Positions 20,826 through 29,246 of a DNA stretch of 64,000 nucleotides are shown one piece after another; positions within the stretch are counted from its first letter, which is position 1, and every line of letters starts with the position of its first letter. The translations under genes and the position numbers were made by a program. The stretch covers positions 121,360 to 185,359 of the IMG/VR virus record IMGVR_UViG_3300032007_000006; one strand, 5' to 3'. The notes under the pieces were generated by a model. It had not been told where the DNA came from and did no database searches. It saw only the letters and a list, made by a program, of their open reading frames with translations. The DNA is from a virus. Lineage: Duplodnaviria; Heunggongvirae; Uroviricota; Caudoviricetes.

Positions 20826-20858
20826 GGTAGAATAGTGTCTTACAGTATTTATGACCTT

Positions 20859-21209
20859 CTATTCAACTTTCTTCCAGTTATCCTGCATTAGACTGTCCAT
20901 TTTCTTGTCAAAGTCTTTTTCGTTCTGTCGAATTTTAGATTCAACACCATTGCGATGAACAGCATCCTGTTCAATTTTTTCCCAGTAGTTTGAAACGCTT
21001 ACAACAGCTAGAAGGATGGAAGAAAGAGATATCATAAGTATTGTCGCATCAATTCCACTTATGTGTCCGACTTTTAGAGTTTCAATCACTATTTGAATTC
21101 CAAGCAGAGTTCCCCATATTGCTAGAATGACAATTGCTATGCATCCACAAAACGTCATAAAGTTGATTATATTTTCCATAGAATTTTTAAAAGGAGGGCT
21201 TTTGGCCAT
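20859..21209 (-). CDS. Hypothetical membrane protein (2 TM)
   Basis: Two hydrophobic stretches; SD AAGGA. Confidence 0.6.
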   Translation of the reverse strand: MAKSPPFKNSMENIINFMTFCGCIAIVILAIWGTLLGIQIVIETLKVGHISGIDATILMISLSSILLAVVSVSNYWEKIEQDAVHRNGVESKIRQNEKDFDKKMDSLMQDNWKKVE

Positions 21210-21220
21210 CCTTGCTTTGT

Positions 21221-21634
21221 CTAGTTTTCTTTGGATTCAGCGGCGCAGTAGAATGCACTGGCCTTTGCAGTCGGTCGGCAGTCCTTGTAGTATCGCTGAC
21301 ACCGTTCAATAAAATCTGTGAATACTTCCACAAGACTAACGCCACTTCCATTCCAGCCACAGTCCCGATCAACAACATTCTTTTTTGCCCGTCGGGGACG
21401 CGCCTTTCTTGCACGACCATACGCAATTTTGACTGCCGTATCTGGATCGAAGATGTCGTATTCGGAGTTGATAATTGAATAGTCGGCATTGAAAAGCTTT
21501 TCACCGTTTTCTCCATCAACGCGACAGCCAACCATAACGCCTACAGTAATGTTGCGTTCTGTACGATAGTCATAAACCTTAATCCATTCCTTGATTGGAT
21601 TGCCTTCGAGAGTGGAAATGTTGATGCCCTTCAT
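21221..21634 (-). CDS. Hypothetical protein, paralog of 21694..22077
   Basis: SD AAGGAG before ATG 21634; shared EWIKxY/NADY/IAYxRA/RCxRY motifs. Confidence 0.7.
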   Translation of the reverse strand: MKGINISTLEGNPIKEWIKVYDYRTERNITVGVMVGCRVDGENGEKLFNADYSIINSEYDIFDPDTAVKIAYGRARKARPRRAKKNVVDRDCGWNGSGVSLVEVFTDFIERCQRYYKDCRPTAKASAFYCAAESKEN

Positions 21635-21693
21635 ATGTACTCCTTTTATAGTTGAATGGTTTTTATGAAATTTTGCCAAATGCTAGTCAAAAT

Positions 21694-22077
21694 CTAGCAT
21701 GTTGATAAAATCTTTTTGGCCTTGGCAATAGGCTGCCTGTCTTTAAAGTATCGTTTGCATCTTTTGCAAAATTCCTTGAACCTGTAGGACAAATCAATGT
21801 CATGATAACCAACGTGGATGTTTTGACCAGAGACAGGCTGACTGGCTCTTTTTGGTCTGGCCCAAATGGCTCTATTGTAGGCTATGTTCTTTCCGCGCTC
21901 CTCATCAAATGAGTCAAGTTCAAAATTGCAAATGGCATAGTCGGCATTCCACTGCTTTTCTCCGTTTAAGCCATTAATGGGAACTCCAACCATTATGCCG
22001 ATTTTCAGCATTTGACCAGTATGGGAATTGTATTCCTTGATCCATTCCCAAAGTGGTTCAGATTCCTTTTCTTCCAC
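21694..22077 (-). CDS. Hypothetical protein, paralog of 21221..21634
   Basis: GTG start with AGGAGG; shared motifs. Confidence 0.7.
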   Translation of the reverse strand: MEEKESEPLWEWIKEYNSHTGQMLKIGIMVGVPINGLNGEKQWNADYAICNFELDSFDEERGKNIAYNRAIWARPKRASQPVSGQNIHVGYHDIDLSYRFKEFCKRCKRYFKDRQPIAKAKKILSTC

Positions 22078-22086
22078 TACTGCCTC

Positions 22087-22380
22087 CTATTTTTCATTGA
22101 GTGCTATTTCAACGGCACCACGTGGAGTAAGATGCCAGATGTCCCCAAGGGGAAGAGATTCCTTCCAGCAAAGACCTTCAAGAGCCATGTTTTCAATTTC
22201 ATCTTTCTCTGCTGAACCAAGCATGTCATCTTCAAGACACATGCAGGCCGTTCCTCCAGCATTAGGATGACTGTCTTCATACTTTTTTGACCAGTAGAAC
22301 TTGGACAGAATGTCCATTTGAAAACAAGATGCAAAAGGAATCATTTTTTCAGCTCCTAATTTACAGGTATAATAGTGCAT
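22087..22380 (-). CDS. Hypothetical protein
   Basis: ORF in operon; exact start uncertain. Confidence 0.55.
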   Translation of the reverse strand: MHYYTCKLGAEKMIPFASCFQMDILSKFYWSKKYEDSHPNAGGTACMCLEDDMLGSAEKDEIENMALEGLCWKESLPLGDIWHLTPRGAVEIALNEK

Positions 22381-22670
22381 GAAGACTTAATTTCCTTTAA
22401 AGCCAGCCATATGGGAAGACCATACTCATCAAGAGTCCATTTTCCATCTCCTATCGGCCAGACATATGCGTTTCCTTCAAGAGAGCAGAGAGCCTCTTTT
22501 TCTTCAGAACTGAAAATGTCTTTTTCTAGAAGGACAGGGGCGCCAGAAGCGTCCAAGTCTCCAGCGTTCTCTTCTCCCTCAAAGGCTTCCATCCATTCCT
22601 GAGAGCAGGCAAACTTTTTGACCACCTCGATTTCCGCTTTCGTGAGCCTCGCCGTCCAGTGATATGGCAT
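22356..22670 (-). CDS. Hypothetical protein
   Basis: SD AAGGAGG; downstream of sigma70 promoter 22700-22728. Confidence 0.65.
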   Translation of the reverse strand: MPYHWTARLTKAEIEVVKKFACSQEWMEAFEGEENAGDLDASGAPVLLEKDIFSSEEKEALCSLEGNAYVWPIGDGKWTLDEYGLPIWLALKEIKSSCTIIPVN

Positions 22671-22699
22671 GCTTTGTCCTCCTTGGCGCTTTCAAAGAC

Positions 22700-22728
22700 A
22701 CTCTAGCAAATCTAGGCCTTCCTGTCAA
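22700..22728 (-). promoter_or_regulatory. Sigma70-type promoter
   Basis: TTGACA-17-TAGAGT. Confidence 0.7.
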
Positions 22729-23332
22729 GCGTTTGGCCGATTTTTCCGGTTTCTTTCGCCACCACACGCTTCAGTCCATATCCCAATGCAATGTCATAGG
22801 AATATGAGAAAATGCAGAAAATGCAGGCCAGCATGCAGATGGTTTGAATGGACACTCCAACAATCATCCAGCTGATTCCAGCACCAACAAGAGCGCCAGC
22901 CATATTGGCCTGCTGAACAATAAGAGACAGATCAGTTCTTTCCTCTCCAGAAAATATCTTGTTTTCTAGATCCTGAAAGGCCGCAAACTCTAGTTTGCTT
23001 AACAAGGCATTTCGCATTGCAACAGTAGACATGTAGGTTGCTGGAAATGCTATGACAAGAAAGCGGGTTGCTATGGAAGCCAACATGTCCACAAGCTGAA
23101 TGACAACAAGCCTTCTCGTGGCCAGATTGATTACCCATCTCTGTCTAAGAACAGTCAATGAAACAAAACCCAGGGCGCACTCAAAAATCCCGACAAGCGC
23201 ACGATTTTCGTCTGTAATTGTTCTCGCCAGATGAAGCTGCGTATACAGAAAAATGAACTGCCAAAGGGCTGTGTCTAGAAACTGTCCAATGGCAATCCAT
23301 CTCTTGTAGAGATTTTTGTCTAGAGTAAGCAT
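22712..23332 (-). CDS. Multi-pass membrane protein (half-MFS-like, about 6 TM)
   Basis: Alternating hydrophobic helices with EERT loop typical of MFS halves. Confidence 0.5.
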   Translation of the reverse strand: MLTLDKNLYKRWIAIGQFLDTALWQFIFLYTQLHLARTITDENRALVGIFECALGFVSLTVLRQRWVINLATRRLVVIQLVDMLASIATRFLVIAFPATYMSTVAMRNALLSKLEFAAFQDLENKIFSGEERTDLSLIVQQANMAGALVGAGISWMIVGVSIQTICMLACIFCIFSYSYDIALGYGLKRVVAKETGKIGQTLDRKA

Positions 23333-23342
23333 TCACTGCATC

Positions 23343-24776
23343 CTAGAACTTGAAGTTACTGGTGTCTATCTTTTTTCTTCTGTGGTTTCTGGAAAGATTG
23401 GAAGAGAATACGCTTCTTTCGGCTTCTTCATTGTCCTTTCTTGCGCTCTCTGCAATAGGCATGTCCATGTCTCCCTCTCCAGTCTTTGGATTAATGTAGT
23501 CTGCCAGTTTCATCTTTTCCTTGTTTACGGAAAGACGAAACATCTTCTTCTGATTGATGTCAAAGTATCGGTTTTTCAGCTGCTTCACCACGAGTCTTGC
23601 TTCGGCATCATCCTGTGGAGTGGTGATCAATGCAAGAATTAGATCACATCCATATGCAACGGCATATGATGCACTGATTGAATCCAGTCCAAGAGACTCG
23701 CCTTCCGAATAGCCCTGTCTGTTGGACTGCATGGCCGTCCAGCCAACAATGTCCTTCTCAACGCAGAGACCACGAATTTCCTCTGATATGGCCTTCAGCA
23801 CCATATGGTCTGGAGCCTTGGAATCTCCCTTGTATCTCAATGAAGTCATGATGCCAAGATAGTCGAAGAACACCACATCAGGAACGAAGTTCTTCTTGGC
23901 CTTCAGTTCGTCCAGAAGATATCTGATGTGTCCCACGTTGCACTGCGAAGTGGGATACTGCTTGACAATCAGTTTTCCATGCGTTTTCTTCACTAGAGCA
24001 TCAACTTTTCCAACGAAGTCATCCTTCTTTAGATTCTTCAGTCCATCAATTGGAATGTCCAGCATGTTGGCGTCTATTCTTTCCAGAACCTTGTCTTCAG
24101 ACATTTCAAAAGACAGATAAAGACAATTGTATCCCTGCCTGATGTAGTCACAGGCAAAGGAGCACATGGCACCAGACTTGAACCCGCCAGTGTTGGAAGA
24201 CATTAAGCAGTTCAGCGTCTTTTTCGTCACTCCGCCCTTGGTAATGAAGTTCATTGACTCCAGAAGGAATGGTATTCTGTTTTCATCGGCATTGTACAGT
24301 TCCCATCTTTCAGCCGCATCATCAAAGGCCATGCCAATGTTGGCGTCAAAAGTGACGGAAAAGGCCTTCTGCAGCTTGTCTGGAATCAGTGGATCTGGTC
24401 CCTTTTCGCCAAATTTCTCTGCACCTTCCAGCAGGGCATTGTAGTATATCTGACGCTGTATCCAGTTTTCAGTGGCCTTTGAAAGCCATTCAATGTCCTG
24501 AGTTACTTCTCCATCCTTGAAAAAGGATATTATCTCTTCAACGTCCTTGTGATCCTTTTCAGAAACGTCCTTGTCCCTGTCTTCCATCACGGCAATGATG
24601 TCAGGACTGCATCTTCTTCCATATTTCTTGACGTACCGAGATATGTGCTTGAATACTCTTTTTGTTGGAGGCTCCTGAAACATGGAAGCGTCCAGAAATG
24701 GAAACGCTTTCTTGAAAAACTCCTCATTCAGAACTAGATTCTTTAGTATGACCTTTTCTTCAACCTGTTCCATCAA
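23343..24776 (-). CDS. gp41: T4-like replicative DNA helicase (DnaB family)
   Basis: Walker A SSNTGGFKS, FFDYLGI, TAMQSNR, QLKNRY. Confidence 0.95.
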   Translation of the reverse strand: MMEQVEEKVILKNLVLNEEFFKKAFPFLDASMFQEPPTKRVFKHISRYVKKYGRRCSPDIIAVMEDRDKDVSEKDHKDVEEIISFFKDGEVTQDIEWLSKATENWIQRQIYYNALLEGAEKFGEKGPDPLIPDKLQKAFSVTFDANIGMAFDDAAERWELYNADENRIPFLLESMNFITKGGVTKKTLNCLMSSNTGGFKSGAMCSFACDYIRQGYNCLYLSFEMSEDKVLERIDANMLDIPIDGLKNLKKDDFVGKVDALVKKTHGKLIVKQYPTSQCNVGHIRYLLDELKAKKNFVPDVVFFDYLGIMTSLRYKGDSKAPDHMVLKAISEEIRGLCVEKDIVGWTAMQSNRQGYSEGESLGLDSISASYAVAYGCDLILALITTPQDDAEARLVVKQLKNRYFDINQKKMFRLSVNKEKMKLADYINPKTGEGDMDMPIAESARKDNEEAERSVFSSNLSRNHRRKKIDTSNFKF

Positions 24777-25063
24777 TGCCTCTCAAGCATTTCCGAAGAA
24801 ATTGCATTTTTGACTGCTTCAAGGTCTTCAAGTGTGGCCTTCTCAAACCGAGACCTTCCATTTTCCATTGACTCATTGAACATTTCAAGTGGTCTGGCAT
24901 AAAGATTCTGTTCTCCATACAAGGCCTTGTATACTGCCAGAGGTTCTCCACTCTCCGTATGCCATGCAATTCCGAGATATATGTAGAGATAGTTCAGACC
25001 TTCGGAATGCTCTTCCCGCTTGAAGTGCCGAATGCAGTCTCCAGCCTTGAAACGCTCAATCAT
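24773..25063 (-). CDS. DUF1653-family protein
   Basis: RHFK...AWHTESGEPLAVYKALYG...YARPLEMF. Confidence 0.85.
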   Translation of the reverse strand: MIERFKAGDCIRHFKREEHSEGLNYLYIYLGIAWHTESGEPLAVYKALYGEQNLYARPLEMFNESMENGRSRFEKATLEDLEAVKNAISSEMLERH

Positions 25064-25099
25064 TTGTACATCCTATTGAAATAGTTGTCAATCTAAAAA

Positions 25100-25119
25100 T
25101 GGGCGGGTTTCCCCGCCCA
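25100..25119 (-). terminator. GC-rich hairpin after uvsX, likely terminator
   Basis: TGGGCGGG-GAAA-CCCGCCCA then ATTTTT on minus strand. Confidence 0.75.
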
Positions 25120-25128
25120 GCAGTTTAT

Positions 25129-26109
25129 CTAATCTTCATCGTCTGAAGCATTCAGAACTTCTCCAGTTTCTGGATCAACCATTTCATTGTCTGGAGATGC
25201 AGCTCCAAGCTGATATCTGGCTTTGATGTAGTCCTTGAACTTCTGATCCGCAAGAATGCTTCCAAAGAATTCATCACAGTTGGTGTCTTTTTGACGGTAT
25301 TTCTTCTCCTCGCCTACTTTTTGATACCATCCATTGGAAGGCTTGACAACAAAGCCTCCATCAATAGCCAGTTGCAGAAGTCCAGACCATTTGTTTATGC
25401 CTCCATTATATGTCACGTCAAAGGGAAGCTTGGCCTTTTCGCGGACATAGCGGGACTTTTCAATATGAATGGTGTATGTGTATCCAGCAAGATCGGAACC
25501 TTCCTTTATCTGAGACTTTGTAATGATGAAGGCCGTGTTGCAGGAATACATTACGCCTGAATTGTGGGAAATAAGACCATTTGGATGCATATAGGAATGG
25601 GCGTCCTCAACTTCAAGATCATAGACGTCCTTTTCCCCAAGTTCAACAATGTCCACAAGACGAAGCTTCGTGCCATCCAGTCCTCGGAACATCAGCTGCT
25701 TTGGCTCTTCATTTTCGTCCATCATGTCCTTTGCGGCAATCCATTCATTTGCAGTGGAAAGCAGCTTGTGATCTCCAGAGCAGGTCAGCTTGAATCCATC
25801 GGAAAACACCAGACGATAGACTGTTGGATGGCCATTCTCAAGGGTTTCTGGAGTCCAGACATTCAGAACTTCCTTCCATCCTTCATGGGAACGAACCTTC
25901 ATTCCTTTCTTGACATGCTCTATAGCCTTCAGTCCCTGGTCAGTTGCAATGAGCGTCTTGGGAACAACGCATCCACCAGAAATAACGTCCTTGGGATATA
26001 TGGAGTTGTGTGTTATTACTCCGTTTTCTAATGTAAAACAATGTTCATCAGCAACTGTTAGATCATATAATGGAAATGGTTTTATTTTTCTAATCGCTTT
26101 GATTTTCAT
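25129..26109 (-). CDS. uvsX: UvsX C-terminal half: IntC (35 aa) + 11-aa extein + 137-aa mini-intein + C-extein
   Basis: SD GGAGG before ATG 26109; MKIKAIRK...YDLTV...VITHN|S; second intein CVVPKT...LISHN|S; C-extein GVMYS...EKSR...GGINKWSGLL matches T4 UvsX. Confidence 0.9.
   Translation of the reverse strand: MKIKAIRKIKPFPLYDLTVADEHCFTLENGVITHNSIYPKDVISGGCVVPKTLIATDQGLKAIEHVKKGMKVRSHEGWKEVLNVWTPETLENGHPTVYRLVFSDGFKLTCSGDHKLLSTANEWIAAKDMMDENEEPKQLMFRGLDGTKLRLVDIVELGEKDVYDLEVEDAHSYMHPNGLISHNSGVMYSCNTAFIITKSQIKEGSDLAGYTYTIHIEKSRYVREKAKLPFDVTYNGGINKWSGLLQLAIDGGFVVKPSNGWYQKVGEEKKYRQKDTNCDEFFGSILADQKFKDYIKARYQLGAASPDNEMVDPETGEVLNASDDED
25561..25971 (-). mobile_element. Contiguous mini-intein (137 aa, no endonuclease)
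   Basis: C1, block B TCSGDH, block F VYDLEV, terminal HN/S. Confidence 0.9.
26005..26109 (-). mobile_element. Split intein C-fragment (IntC)
   Basis: Block F YDLTV and block G HN/S at the N-terminus of a separately initiated ORF. Confidence 0.9.
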
Positions 26110-27121
26110 TGTTAGCCTCCTTTGGCTTATGCTTGCAGTTATCCATATGCCATCGCAAAAAAGCATTTGGATATCCATTACAAGTTTTTCCACAATAAGG
26201 ACAAGTCAAGGTTTGATATTCAGTTTGTTCAGTAAACAGTTTTTTAAACTGAGGATCATTTTCATATTCCTCAAATTTTCCAAATTGTGTTTCAAATTCT
26301 CCTTTTGAATATATTTTTCCTTTATATTCAACACGTTTTGCCATTGGATTTCCAGAACCTTTATGCTCTTTGGACATTTTTTCAAAATGTTCCTTGTATT
26401 TTTCTGGATTTTCATTATAACATTGAATTATCTTCTCCTTTCTAATTTCCTTTGCTTCGGGAGACATATTCAGTCTTCCATTTGAAATCTTTTGAGAACG
26501 TATTTTACGTTCTTCTTCTGTTAGATTAACTGTTTGCATATCATGGCATTTTTGTCTAAATGCTGCCATATATGCTTCATCTTGTTTACGTTCTTTCCAT
26601 AGAGATTTTAGAATGTTTGATTGGTTTTCGTGTCGTTCTTCTGAATCCCAACTATGTTTTACAACTTCTTTAAAATGTTCCTTTTCTTCATCACTTTTAG
26701 ACGCCCATTTATTTCGTAATTTATCAGACACAATAAGTTTATCTTCATCACTTTTAGACGCCCAAGTTTTTTTAAGTGAATCAGATTTACGTTTCATCGC
26801 TTTTTGGTATTCAATTTTATCCATGTGTTCAAATGGATGTTCTGGCCAACAATATCCATGTTCTTCGATAAGATTGGCAAAGCACTTGTCTGAAACCACA
26901 TTAAAAAGTTTACTGTAATACTTTCCATATTCAGCAAGTTCCTCTTTATTGTCGGTTTCTTCAAGAATGATAGTAGTTATATCATCTCCATATTCAGACA
27001 AGTGCTTTAGCCAATAGTGTCCAGAACCTTTATACTTGTATGGATTTTGTTTAGAAGTAATGCAAAGATACTTCAAACCAGTTACATTATGTTGTTTCAG
27101 CATTAGTTTGTAGGTTTTCAT
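26090..27121 (-). CDS. Free-standing GIY-YIG-like (Seg-type) homing endonuclease
   Basis: YKLMLKQHNVTGLKYLCIT...YKGSGHYW; repeated WASKSDE modules; C-terminal CPYC; AT-rich; sits between IntN and IntC. Confidence 0.75.
   Translation of the reverse strand: MKTYKLMLKQHNVTGLKYLCITSKQNPYKYKGSGHYWLKHLSEYGDDITTIILEETDNKEELAEYGKYYSKLFNVVSDKCFANLIEEHGYCWPEHPFEHMDKIEYQKAMKRKSDSLKKTWASKSDEDKLIVSDKLRNKWASKSDEEKEHFKEVVKHSWDSEERHENQSNILKSLWKERKQDEAYMAAFRQKCHDMQTVNLTEEERKIRSQKISNGRLNMSPEAKEIRKEKIIQCYNENPEKYKEHFEKMSKEHKGSGNPMAKRVEYKGKIYSKGEFETQFGKFEEYENDPQFKKLFTEQTEYQTLTCPYCGKTCNGYPNAFLRWHMDNCKHKPKEANNENQSD
26685..26764. repeat. 23-bp direct repeat (two copies) in the endonuclease gene
   Basis: TCTTCATCACTTTTAGACGCCCA at 26685-26707 and 26742-26764, encoding WASKSDE. 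Confidence 0.85.
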
Positions 27122-27398
27122 TGCTTATTTCCGTCAATGAACACCCAACATTAAGGTTATCTGCTCTTATCCATTCGCCATCGCAAAGAAATTTATGGTT
27201 TCCAGTACAGTGAATTAATGTTCCATCTTCACACTCAATTTCGTAGTATGTTTTGTCTTCAATTGGAATACGTTCTGGATTAACGACATCTAAAACTTCT
27301 TTATAGCCGTTTGGAGTAAGAACCTTATCCCCAATCAATACATCACAGATTTGCTTAATGCCGGATGCAGTCACAACTCTTGTGGAGTATTTAAGACA
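27087..27398 (-). mobile_element. Split intein N-fragment (IntN)
   Basis: Block A CLKYSTRV, block B CTGNHKF, then stop with no block F/G. Confidence 0.9.
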
Positions 27399-28001
27399 AC
27401 CCATCTCTTTGTAAGTATGTGCTATAATCAGACATGATAGATTCTTCATCGTTATGTGAGGCGTAGTGATGCGGAACAGGCTTTTTATTTCCTGCGCTCT
27501 AGTCATGTCCTTTGAAGAGTTTTCTGCCATTGCATTCTCATATTCCTTCTTGGAAGCGAGATTGCCAATGGAGTCAACCATCATGAATACATGGTCTCCA
27601 CGTTCAACTGATTCCAGTCTGGAAACAAGATCGAATTTCAGTTCTTCAATGTTGGTGACAGGAATATGCACCACCCGTTCAACATCTATGCCAATGGAAG
27701 CCAAATAGTCGGAAGGAGTGCCAAATTCCGAGTCATAGAAGAGGCCAACTGCATCGGAATACTTGTCCAGATAGGCCTTCATCGAGTATAGCGCCAGCAT
27801 TGACTTGAAGGATTTGCTGGCTCCAGCCAGAACAGTAACGCCAGGCGTCAATCCACCTTCCAAATCGCCAGAAAATGCAATGTTCAGAATTGGAAGGTCT
27901 GTCCTGCAGGTCTCATTGGTAGTGAAGTATATGGAATCTTTGAGTATTGAAGCCGTTTTTACTTTTCCTGCCTTATTGAGCTTGTCTAATAGAGTTCCCA
28001 T
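27087..28001 (-). CDS. uvsX: UvsX N-terminal half (201 aa) fused to split intein IntN (103 aa)
   Basis: Walker A GASKSFKS, YDSEFG, VDSIGNLASKKE, AHTYKEMG|CLKYSTRV...CTGNHKF. Confidence 0.92.
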   Translation of the reverse strand: MGTLLDKLNKAGKVKTASILKDSIYFTTNETCRTDLPILNIAFSGDLEGGLTPGVTVLAGASKSFKSMLALYSMKAYLDKYSDAVGLFYDSEFGTPSDYLASIGIDVERVVHIPVTNIEELKFDLVSRLESVERGDHVFMMVDSIGNLASKKEYENAMAENSSKDMTRAQEIKSLFRITTPHITMKNLSCLIIAHTYKEMGCLKYSTRVVTASGIKQICDVLIGDKVLTPNGYKEVLDVVNPERIPIEDKTYYEIECEDGTLIHCTGNHKFLCDGEWIRADNLNVGCSLTEISNENLQTNAETT

Positions 28002-28009
28002 TCATTCTC

Positions 28010-28222
28010 CTAGCCCAGCTTGTGGACGTTGCTGTAGTCTCTGTAGAAGTCAAAGTCATCCTTTCCAGACTTTTTGGCCCTCCATCCAAGAGGACAATGC
28101 GCCAGCATTTCGTGTATGTTTTCAGGCCAATAAAACTCTGGATTTCGCACTCCATAGCAAGAAACAGCACCAGTATTGAATTTTTTGAAATTTTTGCAGA
28201 TGCTGCAGGGATTCTGTCTCAT
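28010..28222 (-). CDS. Small Cys-containing hypothetical protein
   Basis: SD AAGGAGG; CSIC...C...C. Confidence 0.6.
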   Translation of the reverse strand: MRQNPCSICKNFKKFNTGAVSCYGVRNPEFYWPENIHEMLAHCPLGWRAKKSGKDDFDFYRDYSNVHKLG

Positions 28223-28223
28223 T

Positions 28224-28928
28224 CTAGCCCTCCTTAATGTCGGAAAGCATGATGCGTCTTAGTATTTGCTCGACTTCAAGTTCAAGTTCTTCAAGAGAGC
28301 CATCATTGTAGATTGCACCATCAAGCTTCGGATTCTTCTGGAGAACTTCATATTCCGAATGATCAATGCCGAAGTCCTTCTCGATAATGGCTCTTTCCTC
28401 TTTGGTTTCAGGAGTGAGGCCAAGCTTCCACCAGTCGGGAATGGCTTCCCTGCGGAAGATGCCATAGTGGAACACCCTCCAGTGCATCTTGCGAAGCTTG
28501 TGAATGAGCTTCAGTTCCTGGGAATATCTAACGTCAGGAATGATGGCAAGAAAATTTCCACTGGTGCAGGAATGAAGTCCATTATAGATCCGATTTTCAA
28601 GAGCTAAAGTCCACACATTGGGAGAGATGACTTCCTTCATTCCTTCACCAAGCTTAATGAGAATCTGCCTCCAGGAGAGGTCCTCGCCAAACCAGCGTTT
28701 GGTATACTTGATTGGAGCTTCCTTGTCTTCAATGTCTTCTTCTCTGATGTCAAGCACTAGACGCGCCATTTCCTTGAAAGGCTCTGCAAATGAAGTCTTG
28801 AGAATTTTTTCAATTCCAAGATTTTCCTTGACCGCTTCGACCTTCTTCACCAGAAGGTCTGCAACGGTATCCTTGCCAGAACGCTTGAAACCAGAGAGGG
28901 CCACAACGATTCCAGAAGTATTGTCCAT
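28224..28928 (-). CDS. Deoxynucleoside monophosphate kinase (T4 gp1-like)
   Basis: P-loop SGFKRSGKDT, SFAEPFK, RQILIKLG, IPDVRY, HSE. Confidence 0.85.
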   Translation of the reverse strand: MDNTSGIVVALSGFKRSGKDTVADLLVKKVEAVKENLGIEKILKTSFAEPFKEMARLVLDIREEDIEDKEAPIKYTKRWFGEDLSWRQILIKLGEGMKEVISPNVWTLALENRIYNGLHSCTSGNFLAIIPDVRYSQELKLIHKLRKMHWRVFHYGIFRREAIPDWWKLGLTPETKEERAIIEKDFGIDHSEYEVLQKNPKLDGAIYNDGSLEELELEVEQILRRIMLSDIKEG

Positions 28929-28937
28929 AAGTTTTCC

Positions 28938-29225
28938 TTAGTCCTTTTCGGACTGGCTAGATTGTTGATTTTCCGATACTGCCACCAAACTTGCTCTGTT
29001 CCAGCATTCAGCACAGACCGAATCTGGAGCCTGCATCTTGTATAGGCATCCTAATGCCACTTCCCTTGATGGACAGTATGACCAGGCCACGAAATCCTCT
29101 TCATATTCGCTTCCTATGCGAGGAATCTCATTGCACAGCCACTTGACCTGTCTCTCAAGCAAGTTAATCCTATCAAGAAGGGACTCTACTGTCAAGCGTC
29201 TGTCGGGTTTTTCGATATTTTTCAT
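28938..29225 (-). CDS. Small Cys-containing hypothetical protein
   Basis: SD GGAG; CP...C...CAECW. Confidence 0.6.
   Translation of the reverse strand: MKNIEKPDRRLTVESLLDRINLLERQVKWLCNEIPRIGSEYEEDFVAWSYCPSREVALGCLYKMQAPDSVCAECWNRASLVAVSENQQSSQSEKD
29167..29195 (-). promoter_or_regulatory. Intragenic sigma70-type promoter upstream of dNMP kinase/uvsX
   Basis: CAGACGC-TTGACA-17-TAGGAT, same upstream flank as other promoters in the window. Confidence 0.6.
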
Positions 29226-29246
29226 TTTATCTCACTCCATGCAGCA

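Noticed and set aside
26110-26193. Upstream start of the uvsX C-half at 26193
   Set aside because: Lies within the endonuclease gene; GGAGG places the start at 26109, which gives a canonical IntC.
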